Below, piece by piece: positions 40,529 through 50,537 of a DNA stretch of 64,000 nucleotides. The notes under the pieces were generated by a model, which was not told the DNA's origin, ran no database searches, and worked only from the letters and a program-made list of their open reading frames with translations. Within the stretch, counting starts at the first letter, position 1, and the number at the start of each line of letters is the position of its first letter. The position numbers and the translations under genes were made by a program. The DNA lies in contig CAVWIG010000039.1 of NCBI GenBank assembly GCA_963754945.1, positions 1 to 64,000 on the forward strand, written 5' to 3'. This stretch comes from Methanotrichaceae archaeon. Its GTDB lineage: Archaea; Halobacteriota; Methanosarcinia; Methanotrichales; Methanotrichaceae.

Positions 40529-43500
40529 AGCTGCTAATTGTTTTCCTAATAGCTGCCCTTCTAGTAACATCGTCAGAAGCTCAACTGGAGAGAGGCGTCA
40601 AAGGAAGCATAGAGGATGCTGTCCTGGTAGGTGCAGACGACTGGCACGGCCCCGTCGCTGCAACTCCGCTTGCAATATGGTCGCAGGATAATGGAACAGT
40701 AAAAAAGCCGCTATTGATCCTGCCTAAAGACGTTCGCTCTGGTGACCGGCTTGGTTGGGTTGAGCAGAGTGACCTGGACAGGTACGGAGCTGTGCCGGTC
40801 CTCCGCACGCTGGAGGCAGGGAATGTAACAGCCATCATAGTTCATGGAAGCGGAGATCTTGCCAAGAGCCTTGTTGAGACTGCTCATAAGGACGGAATCA
40901 AGGTCTACATCACAGCTACCCTGGAGCTACCCGACAATCCCGGTCTAAAGGCTGATGATATAAGGCACCTAACTGTGGCCAGCAATGTCACTTCCGCTGC
41001 GCAATCGTCGTTCCTGAGTGAAATAGGCCTCTCGGTTCCTTTACAGAGCCAATCCAATGTTGATCCGAAGAGGCTTCAGAAACAATCGGACCAGGAAAAC
41101 GGCAGCTACTTCTGTCCTGTGAACCCGGACGTTAGAGATGAGCTATACAACAATATCGAGAAGCTCATAGAGGACTACAAGGTGGATGGAGTAGTCCTTT
41201 ACAACTTCGGGTTCCAGGATGAGAACTACTGCTTCTGCGATTTCTGCAAAGAGAAGTTCTACAAAGATACAGGCATAGACCTAACTAAGATCTACTCCAG
41301 CAGCTACAACCTAGAGCGCTGGAAGCAGTGGAAGCAAGAGCAGGTTCTGGACTTGGTCCGAGAGGCCAAGAACATAACCACTGACCTTGGACCAGTGAAA
41401 CTGGGGGTAGCTATCGGCAACCCCTTCGACAGAAGCCAGGGTTACAACTACGCAGACATATCTAAGATAGCCGACTTCACCGTCATCTCACCAGTATCTG
41501 CGGCCGATGTGAAGCTGGCCTCTGGCATGACCGATAAGCAGGTTTACGTCAGGCTGAGCAATGACTATGTAGAGTACACCCTGTCTGCCCAGAATGTGGA
41601 AGGCGCAGTTAAGTACATAGAAGACGTGACTTCTGCGGGGGCTACAGGACTCGCTTACGAGTACAACGTCGTTTATACACCCCTGTGGTCTGAGCTCGAG
41701 CCGCCCTCAAACTCCGCCAAGTGGCTGCTCGAACAGCTCGGTGGAAGGACTCTGGGCCTGGGCAACGTATCCTGGAAGTGCGACTCCAATATAAATGCGA
41801 ATAACCCTTACGAGCTGGCACAAAAGATAAGCGAGAAATGGAAAAGCTCTCCTGGAGCTGTAATCGTTGGAGATAATTACACCACAGGGTTAAGGGCTTC
41901 GACTCTTGCCTCATACCTAAACTGGCCTGTTCTATTCACGGGAAAGGACCTGCCCAAGGAGACAGGCTCTGCTCTCAAGAATCTGGGCGCAAAAGAGGTT
42001 GTTATAGAGGGGGAGATATCCGGTAACGCAAGGTCCAACTTGAGCCAGATGAATCTCTCCCTGATTGATGATCGCGGAGACCTCCTGCTGAGGGAGATGA
42101 AGGCCAGAGGATTCAGCCCTAACTCAGTCGTTCTGACCAACTCCCATGATCTATCACTTCTTCCACCCATTCCAAAGCCTGAGTTCAAGAGGGCAAAGGT
42201 CGGTGACATCCTTGTCGATATTGACATTAACCCGGCAAAGATACCCGCTGAGAGAGCCGGTGAGATTGTCCGGCTGAACATAACCTTAACCAACGCCAAT
42301 ACCGATGTTGCCAAGGATGTCCAGTTAGTCGACCTATTCCCCAGCGGCAAACTCCTACGCTGGCCTAAAGCGAGTACAGGCAAGGTAAATATCACAGATC
42401 CATACACGAGAGAAGAGTCCAAGCCGCTCAATGCGTTCACGGATGGCTCTCTTCTCGTCTGGAACCTGGATAAGCTCGAGTCGGATAAAACTGCAAGCTT
42501 GGCCCTGGAGGTAGAGGTACTCTATCCCATGGATGCAGGCTGGATACAGCGGTTGGACAGCGGAATCTCCGTCACGTACAGCAACTTGGAACAGAATGTC
42601 ACTGCAGAGAGGAAGGACGACTGGCCAATTACCAACATCACTTATCCGAGTGCCATGCCGGTAGGTGTGGCCAATGTTTCTTGGAATGTGGAAAAAGACT
42701 CCAGTTTCACGGCACTCAACATCTATACACCAGAGGGAAGAGCCGGGTCGAAGATGATCACCGATACAGCTTCGGGAAAGAGGTATCACGCACATTTGCC
42801 TCTTCTGGAGCCAGGGACGTGGAAGTTCAACATCGAATCTGGGGACGGTTATACTCACAAAACCGAGAACTATACCATCGATGTTATGTCTAACGTTCCT
42901 GTGTTGAACGTGACCGCCTTTCCCCATACCAAGGTTCCCAGGCTGTCTATGGTGGCAGCCATGGCTGCTGCTTCAAGGCAGGGAATACTCTATGACGTGG
43001 CCAAGGACCCTCAGGAAGTAGAGCCTCTGAAAGAGGAGAGACTCCTAAAGGACGCAGTGGAGAAGATGAAGATCTCGCCACAATATCTGACAGTGGTTGG
43101 TGATCCGGGTTCTCTTCCTTTCATATCCACGGGAATGAAGCAGAACCTCACCGATATGATCAGCTATGACGTCTACAGGGACTACCAGCTAAAGATGGAC
43201 GATGAAAACTACAGTGAAGTTGCCGTTGGAAGGATTGTGGCTCTGAGCGTCTACGATGCCTCTCAGCTCCTGGCCAGGACCATGGCCTACGACAGGCTCG
43301 TGGGTCAGTGGAAGAATAAGGCGCTGGTCATATCCTCGCCGCCTCTGGATTTCCCGCAGAGCCCGACGGGCATCAGCGTAGCAGGCTACTTGAATGACGC
43401 AGGCGAGTTGGTAAAGAGTCTGCGCTGGGAGGAGGCTACCTATCAGGAGGTAACATCTCAGATGAACAACGGCCAGAACATAGTGTATTTCTACCATCAC

Positions 43501-44907
43501 GGTGCAGAGAATGCCTGGCAGCTCTCCTACTGGTCGATGATGGACTCTGCTATGGATGAAGCCCAGGTAAAACAGCTCACCTTATCACCCCAGACGACAA
43601 CGACAGAAGCCTGCATAACCGCGCGCCTGAAGGGGTTCACCATAAACATCAGCGGAACGCAGATGTATGTGCCCATGAGGCTTGATGATTCCATCGCCCT
43701 TGCCTTCATAAGGGCCGGGGCAGTAAACTACATCGGGCCGTCATCGTTATCCTGGATCTTCCTTTCAGAAGATCAATCCAAGAGGTTTTATCAGGCACTA
43801 ACCTACGAGAACGCCACAGTAGGGCAGGCTCAGGTCAAAGCCAACAACCTCTACCGCTTGAAGCTCGACGGTGCGGATAACATCAAGGATATAAATGCTT
43901 ACGATGAGCAGCTACCCAGTTGGGACACCTCCATTCAGGGAATATTCAACGAGACGTCTAACATGAACGTAATAATCGGTGACCCTGCTTTCAGGCCTGC
44001 CCTGCCAAACACACCGCCTCTGCCCTATACTACACACGTGACGACTTCTAACCAGTCTAATCAAAGCATTGGGAATAAAACAAATATTCAGACATCCACT
44101 GTTCAGGCATCGATTAAGCCTACCTCCGACGGTGCTACCAACTGGGTTTATTGGGTCCAGACCGAGACCACTGACGGTAAGCTCCAGCTAAACGCGCCCC
44201 CGGCACTCATTGGAGAGGTCCTTCTCCCCAAGGATGCTGAGAAGATAGTAGTAAAGGAGAACGGCCAAGCTGTCTGGCACGATGAAGAGATCCTCGGATT
44301 GAAAAAGCGAGTCTCCTGGCCAGTAGTAAGGCCCAGGCTTAACGAGACCAGGACCTTCTCGGTCGAGTACAGGGTCGTGCCTGGCCAGGTCCAGTTCATA
44401 AATGTCACCCCAGGATGGAATGCAGTTTCACTCTACCTGAAACCAAAGGATTCATCGCTCTACAAATACCTAGAAGACAAGCCATATCGGGGAGTCTTTG
44501 TTCCTTCTGGCGAAGGCTGGACGTTCAACATGAAAGACTCCAGTGCAAAGAACATCAGCAGCCTAGAGCCGGGAAGAGGCTATCTTATAGACAGCTCCGG
44601 CAACTTCACCATCGAGATCCACGGAAAGTCGGTGGAGTTCCCTTATCGTCTGGCTCTCAACAAAGGTTGGAACATGATAGGTGTTCCCTTCAATGCGACC
44701 ATCGGCACAAATAATTTAACAGTGAGCGCCGAACACAAGAGATACAGCTATTCTCAAGCCGTAGATAAGGGAATAATTTCCGCCTTCTTGTGGAGCTATG
44801 ACGGCACGGAATGGAGCTATCTGGCCAAGAACGATACCTTAGTTCCTGGAAAAGCTTACATGATCGAGGCAACCAGCGATTGCAAATTGGAGTTCAGCAG
44901 CGGATGA
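40525..44907 (+). CDS. 1460-aa secreted protein: GH-like barrel, CWB2-like, Ig/DUF11-like and C25 (gingipain-like) peptidase regions
   Basis: CPVNPDVR, YKVDGVVL, YCFCDFCKEKF; LTVVGD, VAVGRI, YHHG, EACITA, IIGDPA; C-terminal GWN repeats. Confidence 0.75.
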   Translation: MKLLIVFLIAALLVTSSEAQLERGVKGSIEDAVLVGADDWHGPVAATPLAIWSQDNGTVKKPLLILPKDVRSGDRLGWVEQSDLDRYGAVPVLRTLEAGNVTAIIVHGSGDLAKSLVETAHKDGIKVYITATLELPDNPGLKADDIRHLTVASNVTSAAQSSFLSEIGLSVPLQSQSNVDPKRLQKQSDQENGSYFCPVNPDVRDELYNNIEKLIEDYKVDGVVLYNFGFQDENYCFCDFCKEKFYKDTGIDLTKIYSSSYNLERWKQWKQEQVLDLVREAKNITTDLGPVKLGVAIGNPFDRSQGYNYADISKIADFTVISPVSAADVKLASGMTDKQVYVRLSNDYVEYTLSAQNVEGAVKYIEDVTSAGATGLAYEYNVVYTPLWSELEPPSNSAKWLLEQLGGRTLGLGNVSWKCDSNINANNPYELAQKISEKWKSSPGAVIVGDNYTTGLRASTLASYLNWPVLFTGKDLPKETGSALKNLGAKEVVIEGEISGNARSNLSQMNLSLIDDRGDLLLREMKARGFSPNSVVLTNSHDLSLLPPIPKPEFKRAKVGDILVDIDINPAKIPAERAGEIVRLNITLTNANTDVAKDVQLVDLFPSGKLLRWPKASTGKVNITDPYTREESKPLNAFTDGSLLVWNLDKLESDKTASLALEVEVLYPMDAGWIQRLDSGISVTYSNLEQNVTAERKDDWPITNITYPSAMPVGVANVSWNVEKDSSFTALNIYTPEGRAGSKMITDTASGKRYHAHLPLLEPGTWKFNIESGDGYTHKTENYTIDVMSNVPVLNVTAFPHTKVPRLSMVAAMAAASRQGILYDVAKDPQEVEPLKEERLLKDAVEKMKISPQYLTVVGDPGSLPFISTGMKQNLTDMISYDVYRDYQLKMDDENYSEVAVGRIVALSVYDASQLLARTMAYDRLVGQWKNKALVISSPPLDFPQSPTGISVAGYLNDAGELVKSLRWEEATYQEVTSQMNNGQNIVYFYHHGAENAWQLSYWSMMDSAMDEAQVKQLTLSPQTTTTEACITARLKGFTINISGTQMYVPMRLDDSIALAFIRAGAVNYIGPSSLSWIFLSEDQSKRFYQALTYENATVGQAQVKANNLYRLKLDGADNIKDINAYDEQLPSWDTSIQGIFNETSNMNVIIGDPAFRPALPNTPPLPYTTHVTTSNQSNQSIGNKTNIQTSTVQASIKPTSDGATNWVYWVQTETTDGKLQLNAPPALIGEVLLPKDAEKIVVKENGQAVWHDEEILGLKKRVSWPVVRPRLNETRTFSVEYRVVPGQVQFINVTPGWNAVSLYLKPKDSSLYKYLEDKPYRGVFVPSGEGWTFNMKDSSAKNISSLEPGRGYLIDSSGNFTIEIHGKSVEFPYRLALNKGWNMIGVPFNATIGTNNLTVSAEHKRYSYSQAVDKGIISAFLWSYDGTEWSYLAKNDTLVPGKAYMIEATSDCKLEFSSG

Positions 44908-44961
44908 GGCGGGCCTGCCTCATTTTCCCGTTTTGGCATTTCAGGCTGTTTCTGCCCTTTT

Positions 44962-45885
44962 TTATTTTTTCTTTTGCCTTATTGTCCTGTGAAGTTCCAT
45001 CATCGTCTCTCGGTGGAGGGATGCCATGACGTCTCCCAGAATTCCTATCAAGAAGAGCTGGAAGCCCACGATGATCAGAATCGCGGTCAGAATGGTTAGA
45101 GGAATGTGATTTATGCGCCCGTTGACCCAGTCCATGAGTACATATAAGCCAATCAGAAATCCGGCAGCGCCAAAGATTGAACCAATCAGCCCGAAGTAGA
45201 AAATGGGGTTCTGGGTCTTTGCCATCCTGTAGATTGTAAGTATTATCTTAAGCCCATCCCGAAAAGGGTTCAGCTTGGTCTTGGTCCCTTTTGGCCTGGT
45301 ACGATAGGTTATGGGCAGCTCTACTATACGCAGGCCTTTCTTGACGCTTTCGATGGTCATCTCCGACTCGATCTCGAATCCGGGCATGTTGAGATCCAAG
45401 GATCGCAATCCTTCGGTTGTAAAAGCCCGGTAGCCGGATAGGATGTCGGCCAGGCGAACACCGTATATGATTCCGAAGAAGTGGTTGATGATCCTGTTAC
45501 CGAACATGTTCAGCCGCTTGAGAGCCCCACCCTCCAGGTTACCGAACCTGTTTCCTATAACGTGATCCGCTCTACCATTTATAACCGGATTGAGGAGCAG
45601 GTTTACCTCGGAAGGGAGGTATGTTCCATCCCCGTCTATTAGCACAACGTAGTCCTCATCGATCAGGTCGAAGGCCTCTTTCAAGGCCCGGCCTTTTCCG
45701 GTTCCGCTCTGCACTTTAACCCTCGCTCCTGTCAGTCTCGCCTTCTCCACAGTACCATCGGTGCTGTGGCCGTCTATGACCAGGATCTTCTCAAATCCGA
45801 GGGCTTGGAAGTCTTTTATTACTGACTCGATGGACTCCTCTTCGTTGAGGGTTGGGATCAGAATGCACACGTCTTCGTAGCTCAA
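44962..45885 (-). CDS. aglJ: GT2 glycosyltransferase, S-layer N-glycosylation AglJ-like
   Basis: LIPTLNEE, IDGHSTD, IDGDGTY, DILSGYRAF, FEIESEM, TKLNPFRDG, two C-terminal TMs. Confidence 0.8.
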   Translation of the reverse strand: MSYEDVCILIPTLNEEESIESVIKDFQALGFEKILVIDGHSTDGTVEKARLTGARVKVQSGTGKGRALKEAFDLIDEDYVVLIDGDGTYLPSEVNLLLNPVINGRADHVIGNRFGNLEGGALKRLNMFGNRIINHFFGIIYGVRLADILSGYRAFTTEGLRSLDLNMPGFEIESEMTIESVKKGLRIVELPITYRTRPKGTKTKLNPFRDGLKIILTIYRMAKTQNPIFYFGLIGSIFGAAGFLIGLYVLMDWVNGRINHIPLTILTAILIIVGFQLFLIGILGDVMASLHRETMMELHRTIRQKKK

Positions 45886-45990
45886 TGCCGTTCAGCTCTG
45901 CACAATGGATCGCGAATAATGTGATAGAAGAAGGATTCTGATGCGATAAATAGGTTCCTTAGACACAAAAGATTTGCCTAACCCTGCTCA

Positions 45991-47337
45991 TCATAGGGCT
46001 GGATTCTTTGCAGCCTGTCTTATGATCTTCTCATACTTTTCCACCAGTTCCTTCAGGTCGTCGCCTTCAGTTTCAACGGACAAGCGTATCAGCGGTTCCG
46101 TGTTGGATGGCCGGATCAGGATGCTGTAGGTATCTGTGGTTATCTTCAGTCCGTCTGTGTTGTCAGGATTCATTGAAGCTAGCTTTTCTCCAAGAACCTT
46201 CATAACTGCTGAAGGATCAACCTTGTCCATCCTCATGCTCAACTGACGGTATGGGTAGTCTGGTATCAGGTCTGCCAGCTCGGAGAGCTTCTGGCCTTCG
46301 GATATAATCTCTCCCAGTGCGAGGCTCATGGCGAAGGGATCGTCGGAGTATTGGAACTCTGGCATGAAGAAGTGGCCACTCCTCTCCACGCCTAGGACCG
46401 CGCCGGAGTTCTTGACGGTGTTGGCCACATAGACGTCTCCAACTCGTTCTCTCTGGACTCTTATGCCCTCTGGGATCAGCTCTCGCTCCAGGATCATTGA
46501 GCAGTCGAAGCCGGAGATGACCAGATCGCCAGGGCTGTGCCTCCGGAGGGCCAGGATTATGGCTACCTTTTCTGGCGGCAACACCCGGCCTTTATCATCG
46601 ATGACTATGCCCCTGTCGGCATCGGGATCAAAGCCAACCCCGTAATCAGCTCCCTGATCTACGACAGCTTTGCACGCACCTTGAAGGGTTTCTTCCGTGG
46701 GACTGGGCCCTCTTCCCGGAAAGCTGCCGTCCATCTTACCGTTGATCATGACAGGGTCGAAGCCGAGCTTTTCGTACAGAGGTCCGATGATGCAGGCAGA
46801 GCCGTTTCCTGTGTCCAGAACGACTCTGAGCTGATGCCTCAATTCCAGCTTCTCTCCAACGTACTCAGCATATCTTTCGACTGCGGCTGCAGGGTTATAA
46901 TCGGCAACCTGGCCGCTGCCGGAGAGGAAGTTGCCATCAGTGTAGAACCTCATTATGTCAGTTTCTCGATAGAGAAGACCGTAGCCGTCTTCGGTCCGAA
47001 AGCGGACTCCGTTGTACTCAGGTGGATTGTGCGACGCGGAAATGTAAGCCGCAGCATTTCGAACGTTGGCCCAGGTTACATAGCTGAGGATGGATATGGG
47101 AATAATACCGTAGCTGTCCACGGAGCATCCCGTGGATAGAACACCTTCCAAGAACGATTTCTGTAAAGAAGGACCTGAGACACGGGTGTCTCTTCCTAAA
47201 GAGATCCTTCCGCCGTCGATGTAAGATCCAAATGCCTGGCCGACTCGTCTGACGCTCCCTTCTGTGAGTTCGTCCCCGTAAACACCCCTGACATCGTACG
47301 CCCTGAAGATGGTCACAGCTATTCGGTACTTCGACAA
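45991..47337 (-). CDS. Phosphomannomutase/phosphoglucomutase
   Basis: FRAYDVRG, SASHNPPEYNG, FDPDADR, RPSNTEP. Confidence 0.93.
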   Translation of the reverse strand: MSKYRIAVTIFRAYDVRGVYGDELTEGSVRRVGQAFGSYIDGGRISLGRDTRVSGPSLQKSFLEGVLSTGCSVDSYGIIPISILSYVTWANVRNAAAYISASHNPPEYNGVRFRTEDGYGLLYRETDIMRFYTDGNFLSGSGQVADYNPAAAVERYAEYVGEKLELRHQLRVVLDTGNGSACIIGPLYEKLGFDPVMINGKMDGSFPGRGPSPTEETLQGACKAVVDQGADYGVGFDPDADRGIVIDDKGRVLPPEKVAIILALRRHSPGDLVISGFDCSMILERELIPEGIRVQRERVGDVYVANTVKNSGAVLGVERSGHFFMPEFQYSDDPFAMSLALGEIISEGQKLSELADLIPDYPYRQLSMRMDKVDPSAVMKVLGEKLASMNPDNTDGLKITTDTYSILIRPSNTEPLIRLSVETEGDDLKELVEKYEKIIRQAAKNPAL

Positions 47338-47385
47338 GGTATAAAATAGTTTTCCGAAAAAAGACCGGAAAAACCCTAACGACCT

Positions 47386-47664
47386 TCAGGGCTGGTTGGT
47401 GAGGGTTATCTCCATGGAGGATATGTTGATGCTCTTGCCCTGCTCGTCAACAACGCTCTCCGTTCCTATGGTAATGTCTTTGATCTTAAGGTTCGGCATG
47501 AACTTGTTCCTGGAGATCTCGGCTGTGTCAACAGCCCTGGAAATGGCTCTTCCCCTGGCCTTCAGGGTGACGTCAGCGACTTGTTTGTTGAATTGTGTCA
47601 TCAGTGCCAGAACATAGTTCATTACTGGCTTGGAACCAATGAAAATCGTAGTGTTCTCGGTCAT
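47386..47664 (-). CDS. albA: DNA/RNA-binding protein Alba
   Basis: IFIGSKPVMNYV, LKARGRAISRAVD. Confidence 0.95.
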   Translation of the reverse strand: MTENTTIFIGSKPVMNYVLALMTQFNKQVADVTLKARGRAISRAVDTAEISRNKFMPNLKIKDITIGTESVVDEQGKSINISSMEITLTNQP

Positions 47665-47698
47665 AATGTAATCCTGCCATTTTATACATGCTTGGTTA

Positions 47699-48469
47699 TT
47701 AATGCTTTCCATCCATTGACTTTCCGAAGGCGAAGTTATGCCTGACTGCTTCTATCTTGACTCGGACTTTTTCACCCAACTTCGCACCCTTGACGAATAC
47801 AGCAAAGCCGTCTATCAGCGCTATTCCGTCCCCGGATCTTCCAAGGGATTCGATTTGCAGCTCGTATACATCCCCAATCTTAACAGGGCCGCAAATAAGC
47901 TTCTTTCCTATGATGTAGGTCTCCGCACTCTCCTTTCTGGACGCAGCCGGGGAGTGGGCCTGGGACTTTTCGAACTCCCTCTTGGCCTCGGCTAGGTAAT
48001 CGAGGAAAGTGTCCCCCTGAAAGACCTTCACCAGGAAGTTGCCACCGGGTTTTAGCACCGATCTAGCAACTCTCAGGGCAGATCTGGCCAGGTCTATCGA
48101 TCTGGAGTGATCCACGTCCCAGGCTCCGGACAGGTTCGGCGCTGCGTCACAGATAACAACATCAGCGCGCTCACCTATGGCTCCTTTTATCAGATCCAGG
48201 GTTTCGTCCTTTGTTATGTCGGCCTTGAAGGTAAGTACTCCTGGAATAGGGGCGATCTTCTCCAGGTCAACTCCCACGACCGTTCCGCCAGACAGCTCCT
48301 TGGCCACCTGGAGCCACCCTCCCGGGGCTGCCCCTAGATCAACCACAGAGTCACCTTTTTTGATGAGGTGGAACTTCTCGTTTATCTGGAGGAGCTTGTA
48401 TGCCGAGCGCGCACGGTAACCCTCCTCCTTCGCTAATCTGTAGTAGTGATCCTTCTGGTTCCTGGCCAT
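47699..48469 (-). CDS. rlmE: 23S rRNA Um2552 methyltransferase RlmE/FtsJ with C-terminal TRAM domain
   Basis: GYRARSAYKL, DLGAAPGGW, KVFQG, ASRKES; TRAM GDGIA. Confidence 0.95.
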   Translation of the reverse strand: MARNQKDHYYRLAKEEGYRARSAYKLLQINEKFHLIKKGDSVVDLGAAPGGWLQVAKELSGGTVVGVDLEKIAPIPGVLTFKADITKDETLDLIKGAIGERADVVICDAAPNLSGAWDVDHSRSIDLARSALRVARSVLKPGGNFLVKVFQGDTFLDYLAEAKREFEKSQAHSPAASRKESAETYIIGKKLICGPVKIGDVYELQIESLGRSGDGIALIDGFAVFVKGAKLGEKVRVKIEAVRHNFAFGKSMDGKH

Positions 48470-48596
48470 CTACCGGAACACCACCGCGAGAAAAGATATA
48501 TCTTTGCATTCCTTTCCTGCCTTTACGAGGACGTCATCAACTTAAGCAGTTGGGTAGGGTAAAGGTTAAATCATTTCAAAGGATTATTCTACCCTA

Positions 48597-49145
48597 ATGA
48601 TGCGAAAGATATTATATTTATCTGCCAGTATCTTGATATTGGGGATCTTCATAGGTATCAGTATGGCAGAAAATACTACGGGGACAGGGACGACCAAAGT
48701 ATTGTTGAACACAAATATGGGGAATATCACCATTCAGCTTTACGACGACATGCCCATCACAACTGGCAACTTCAAGACGCTGGTCGAGAAGAGGTTCTAC
48801 GATGGGACGATCTTCCACAGGGTGATCGATGGGTTCATGATCCAGGGAGGAGACCCCACTGGAACTGGAACCGGCGGTCCAGGCTACAATATAAAGGACG
48901 AGTTCACCGACCACAACAAGAACGATCGCGGAACGATTGCCATGGCGAATGCCGGACCGAACACGGGCGGAAGCCAGTTCTTCATCAACCTCGTAGACAA
49001 CAACTATCTGGACAAGATGCATCCCGCCTTTGGGAAAGTTGTGGATGGCATGAACGTCGTCGACGCGATCGGAAGGATAAAGACCGACGCGCAGGATAGG
49101 CCAGTGTCGGTGGTTAAGATAATCACCGCCAAAGTGGTCTCTTAA
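48597..49145 (+). CDS. Cyclophilin-type peptidyl-prolyl isomerase, secreted
   Basis: FHRVIDGFMIQGGD, AMANAGPNTGGSQFFI; signal peptide. Confidence 0.95.
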   Translation: MMRKILYLSASILILGIFIGISMAENTTGTGTTKVLLNTNMGNITIQLYDDMPITTGNFKTLVEKRFYDGTIFHRVIDGFMIQGGDPTGTGTGGPGYNIKDEFTDHNKNDRGTIAMANAGPNTGGSQFFINLVDNNYLDKMHPAFGKVVDGMNVVDAIGRIKTDAQDRPVSVVKIITAKVVS

Positions 49146-49336
49146 ATCTTTTTTTGCACTGAAGACGGTCGCCAGTTTGGACTGGGGATTTGGATTATAA
49201 CGACAGACGATGTTCACTTCCATTATCCTCGCGACTGCAAGCGAGCTTCTTTGTAGTCCTCAATCAACACAGTTCATTAAACTTGTAGATCAAGGACTCC
49301 AAAACCATATATATCTGTGCATACATACACAGATAC

Positions 49337-49555
49337 ATGGCGTCCAAGACAATTTCCATAAGGGATGACGTATATAAATCGCTCAGAGATGCTAGACGGG
49401 AAGAGGAGAGCTTCAGCGATGTCATAGGAAGATTGCTTAAGAAAGACAAAACAGACTTATCTGAGTACTTCGGTTCCCTCAAGGATAACCCATTGTTGGA
49501 CGATCTTGAAAAAGATTCGCGAAAGATAAGACAGATGGCGAGGCCTAGAACTTGA
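49337..49555 (+). CDS. vapB: VapB antitoxin
   Basis: KTISIRDDVY..L..ESFSDVI.RL. Confidence 0.88.
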   Translation: MASKTISIRDDVYKSLRDARREEESFSDVIGRLLKKDKTDLSEYFGSLKDNPLLDDLEKDSRKIRQMARPRT

Positions 49556-49935
49556 TAGTCTTAGATACCAGCGCTCTGATCGACCTGTTTAGAGGCGGGG
49601 AGGAGATTCAGAAAGCATTGGGAGGCGATGTTGCGTCGACAGTCGTCAACTATCACGAGATCTTCGCGGGAATAAAGCATCATAAAGCAAAGGCCGAAGA
49701 TAAATTCTTCAGGAGATTCTTTTCGGATATCAAGATTTTAGACTTGAATCTCATTGCTGCCGAAAGGTCGAGTGAGATTGCCGGAAGGCTTCTTAGCCTT
49801 GGGACTGCTGTCAATTCAGTCGACGTTCTGATAGCTGGAATCGCTGTGGCGAACGGTGCCGAGACTCTGATTACAAGGGATAGAGATTTCGAGTCTATTG
49901 CTAAAGTGACTGAACTAGATATAAACGTATATTGA
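49552..49935 (+). CDS. vapC: VapC PIN-domain toxin
   Basis: VLDTSALID, D.LIAGIA, LITRDRDF; overlaps vapB stop. Confidence 0.92.
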   Translation: MIVLDTSALIDLFRGGEEIQKALGGDVASTVVNYHEIFAGIKHHKAKAEDKFFRRFFSDIKILDLNLIAAERSSEIAGRLLSLGTAVNSVDVLIAGIAVANGAETLITRDRDFESIAKVTELDINVY

Positions 49936-49985
49936 TTGTTTTATAATTAGCAAAACGAGGATCGTCTCTCAAGCTTGTTTTTGGT

Positions 49986-50462
49986 CTACATCTTCGCTTC
50001 GCTCTTTATCAGCTCAGCATTCAATATGATCCCCTTCCAGGTGTGCATGCTCAGGGAGAGCAGCATGCCCACGACTTTGCCGTTCTGGACCACGGGCGTT
50101 CCGCTGTCGCCGGGCCCCGGAGGGTTTCCGGGCTGAAGCGCCACGTAGGCAATGGACCAGGACACGTCTGATATCCTGCAGCCCATCCTTGTGCGGGCAT
50201 TCACAAGCTCCGCGTCGCCAAGCTGTGGCTTGCCGAGGTCGGTAGGTTCGCAGGAGGAAAAGACCGGAAATATCGCCATGTCGATTCCAGCGCCGTAGCG
50301 GATTACCTTGCTCTGCTGGTTGCCAATCCGAAGAGTATCAGTCCCAGCATAGTGGAAGATATGTGTGGGGGCGACTCCAGCATAGGCTTTGCCCCAGGGC
50401 ACGAAAGCGGCCACTACGCCGCCTGTATTGCCTGCCAGGAAGAAATCGCCTGCTTTAAGCAT
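49986..50462 (-). CDS. Small trypsin-like serine protease-fold protein
   Basis: PTHIF, DMAIF, PGDSGTPV..VVGM. Confidence 0.6.
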   Translation of the reverse strand: MLKAGDFFLAGNTGGVVAAFVPWGKAYAGVAPTHIFHYAGTDTLRIGNQQSKVIRYGAGIDMAIFPVFSSCEPTDLGKPQLGDAELVNARTRMGCRISDVSWSIAYVALQPGNPPGPGDSGTPVVQNGKVVGMLLSLSMHTWKGIILNAELIKSEAKM

Positions 50463-50537
50463 GGCCTATGGGTTTGCGCTTTAAATGTAATTAGGTTTTG
50501 GGCCAATCCTTTTATTCTTTCTTTGCATTTTCCGTCC

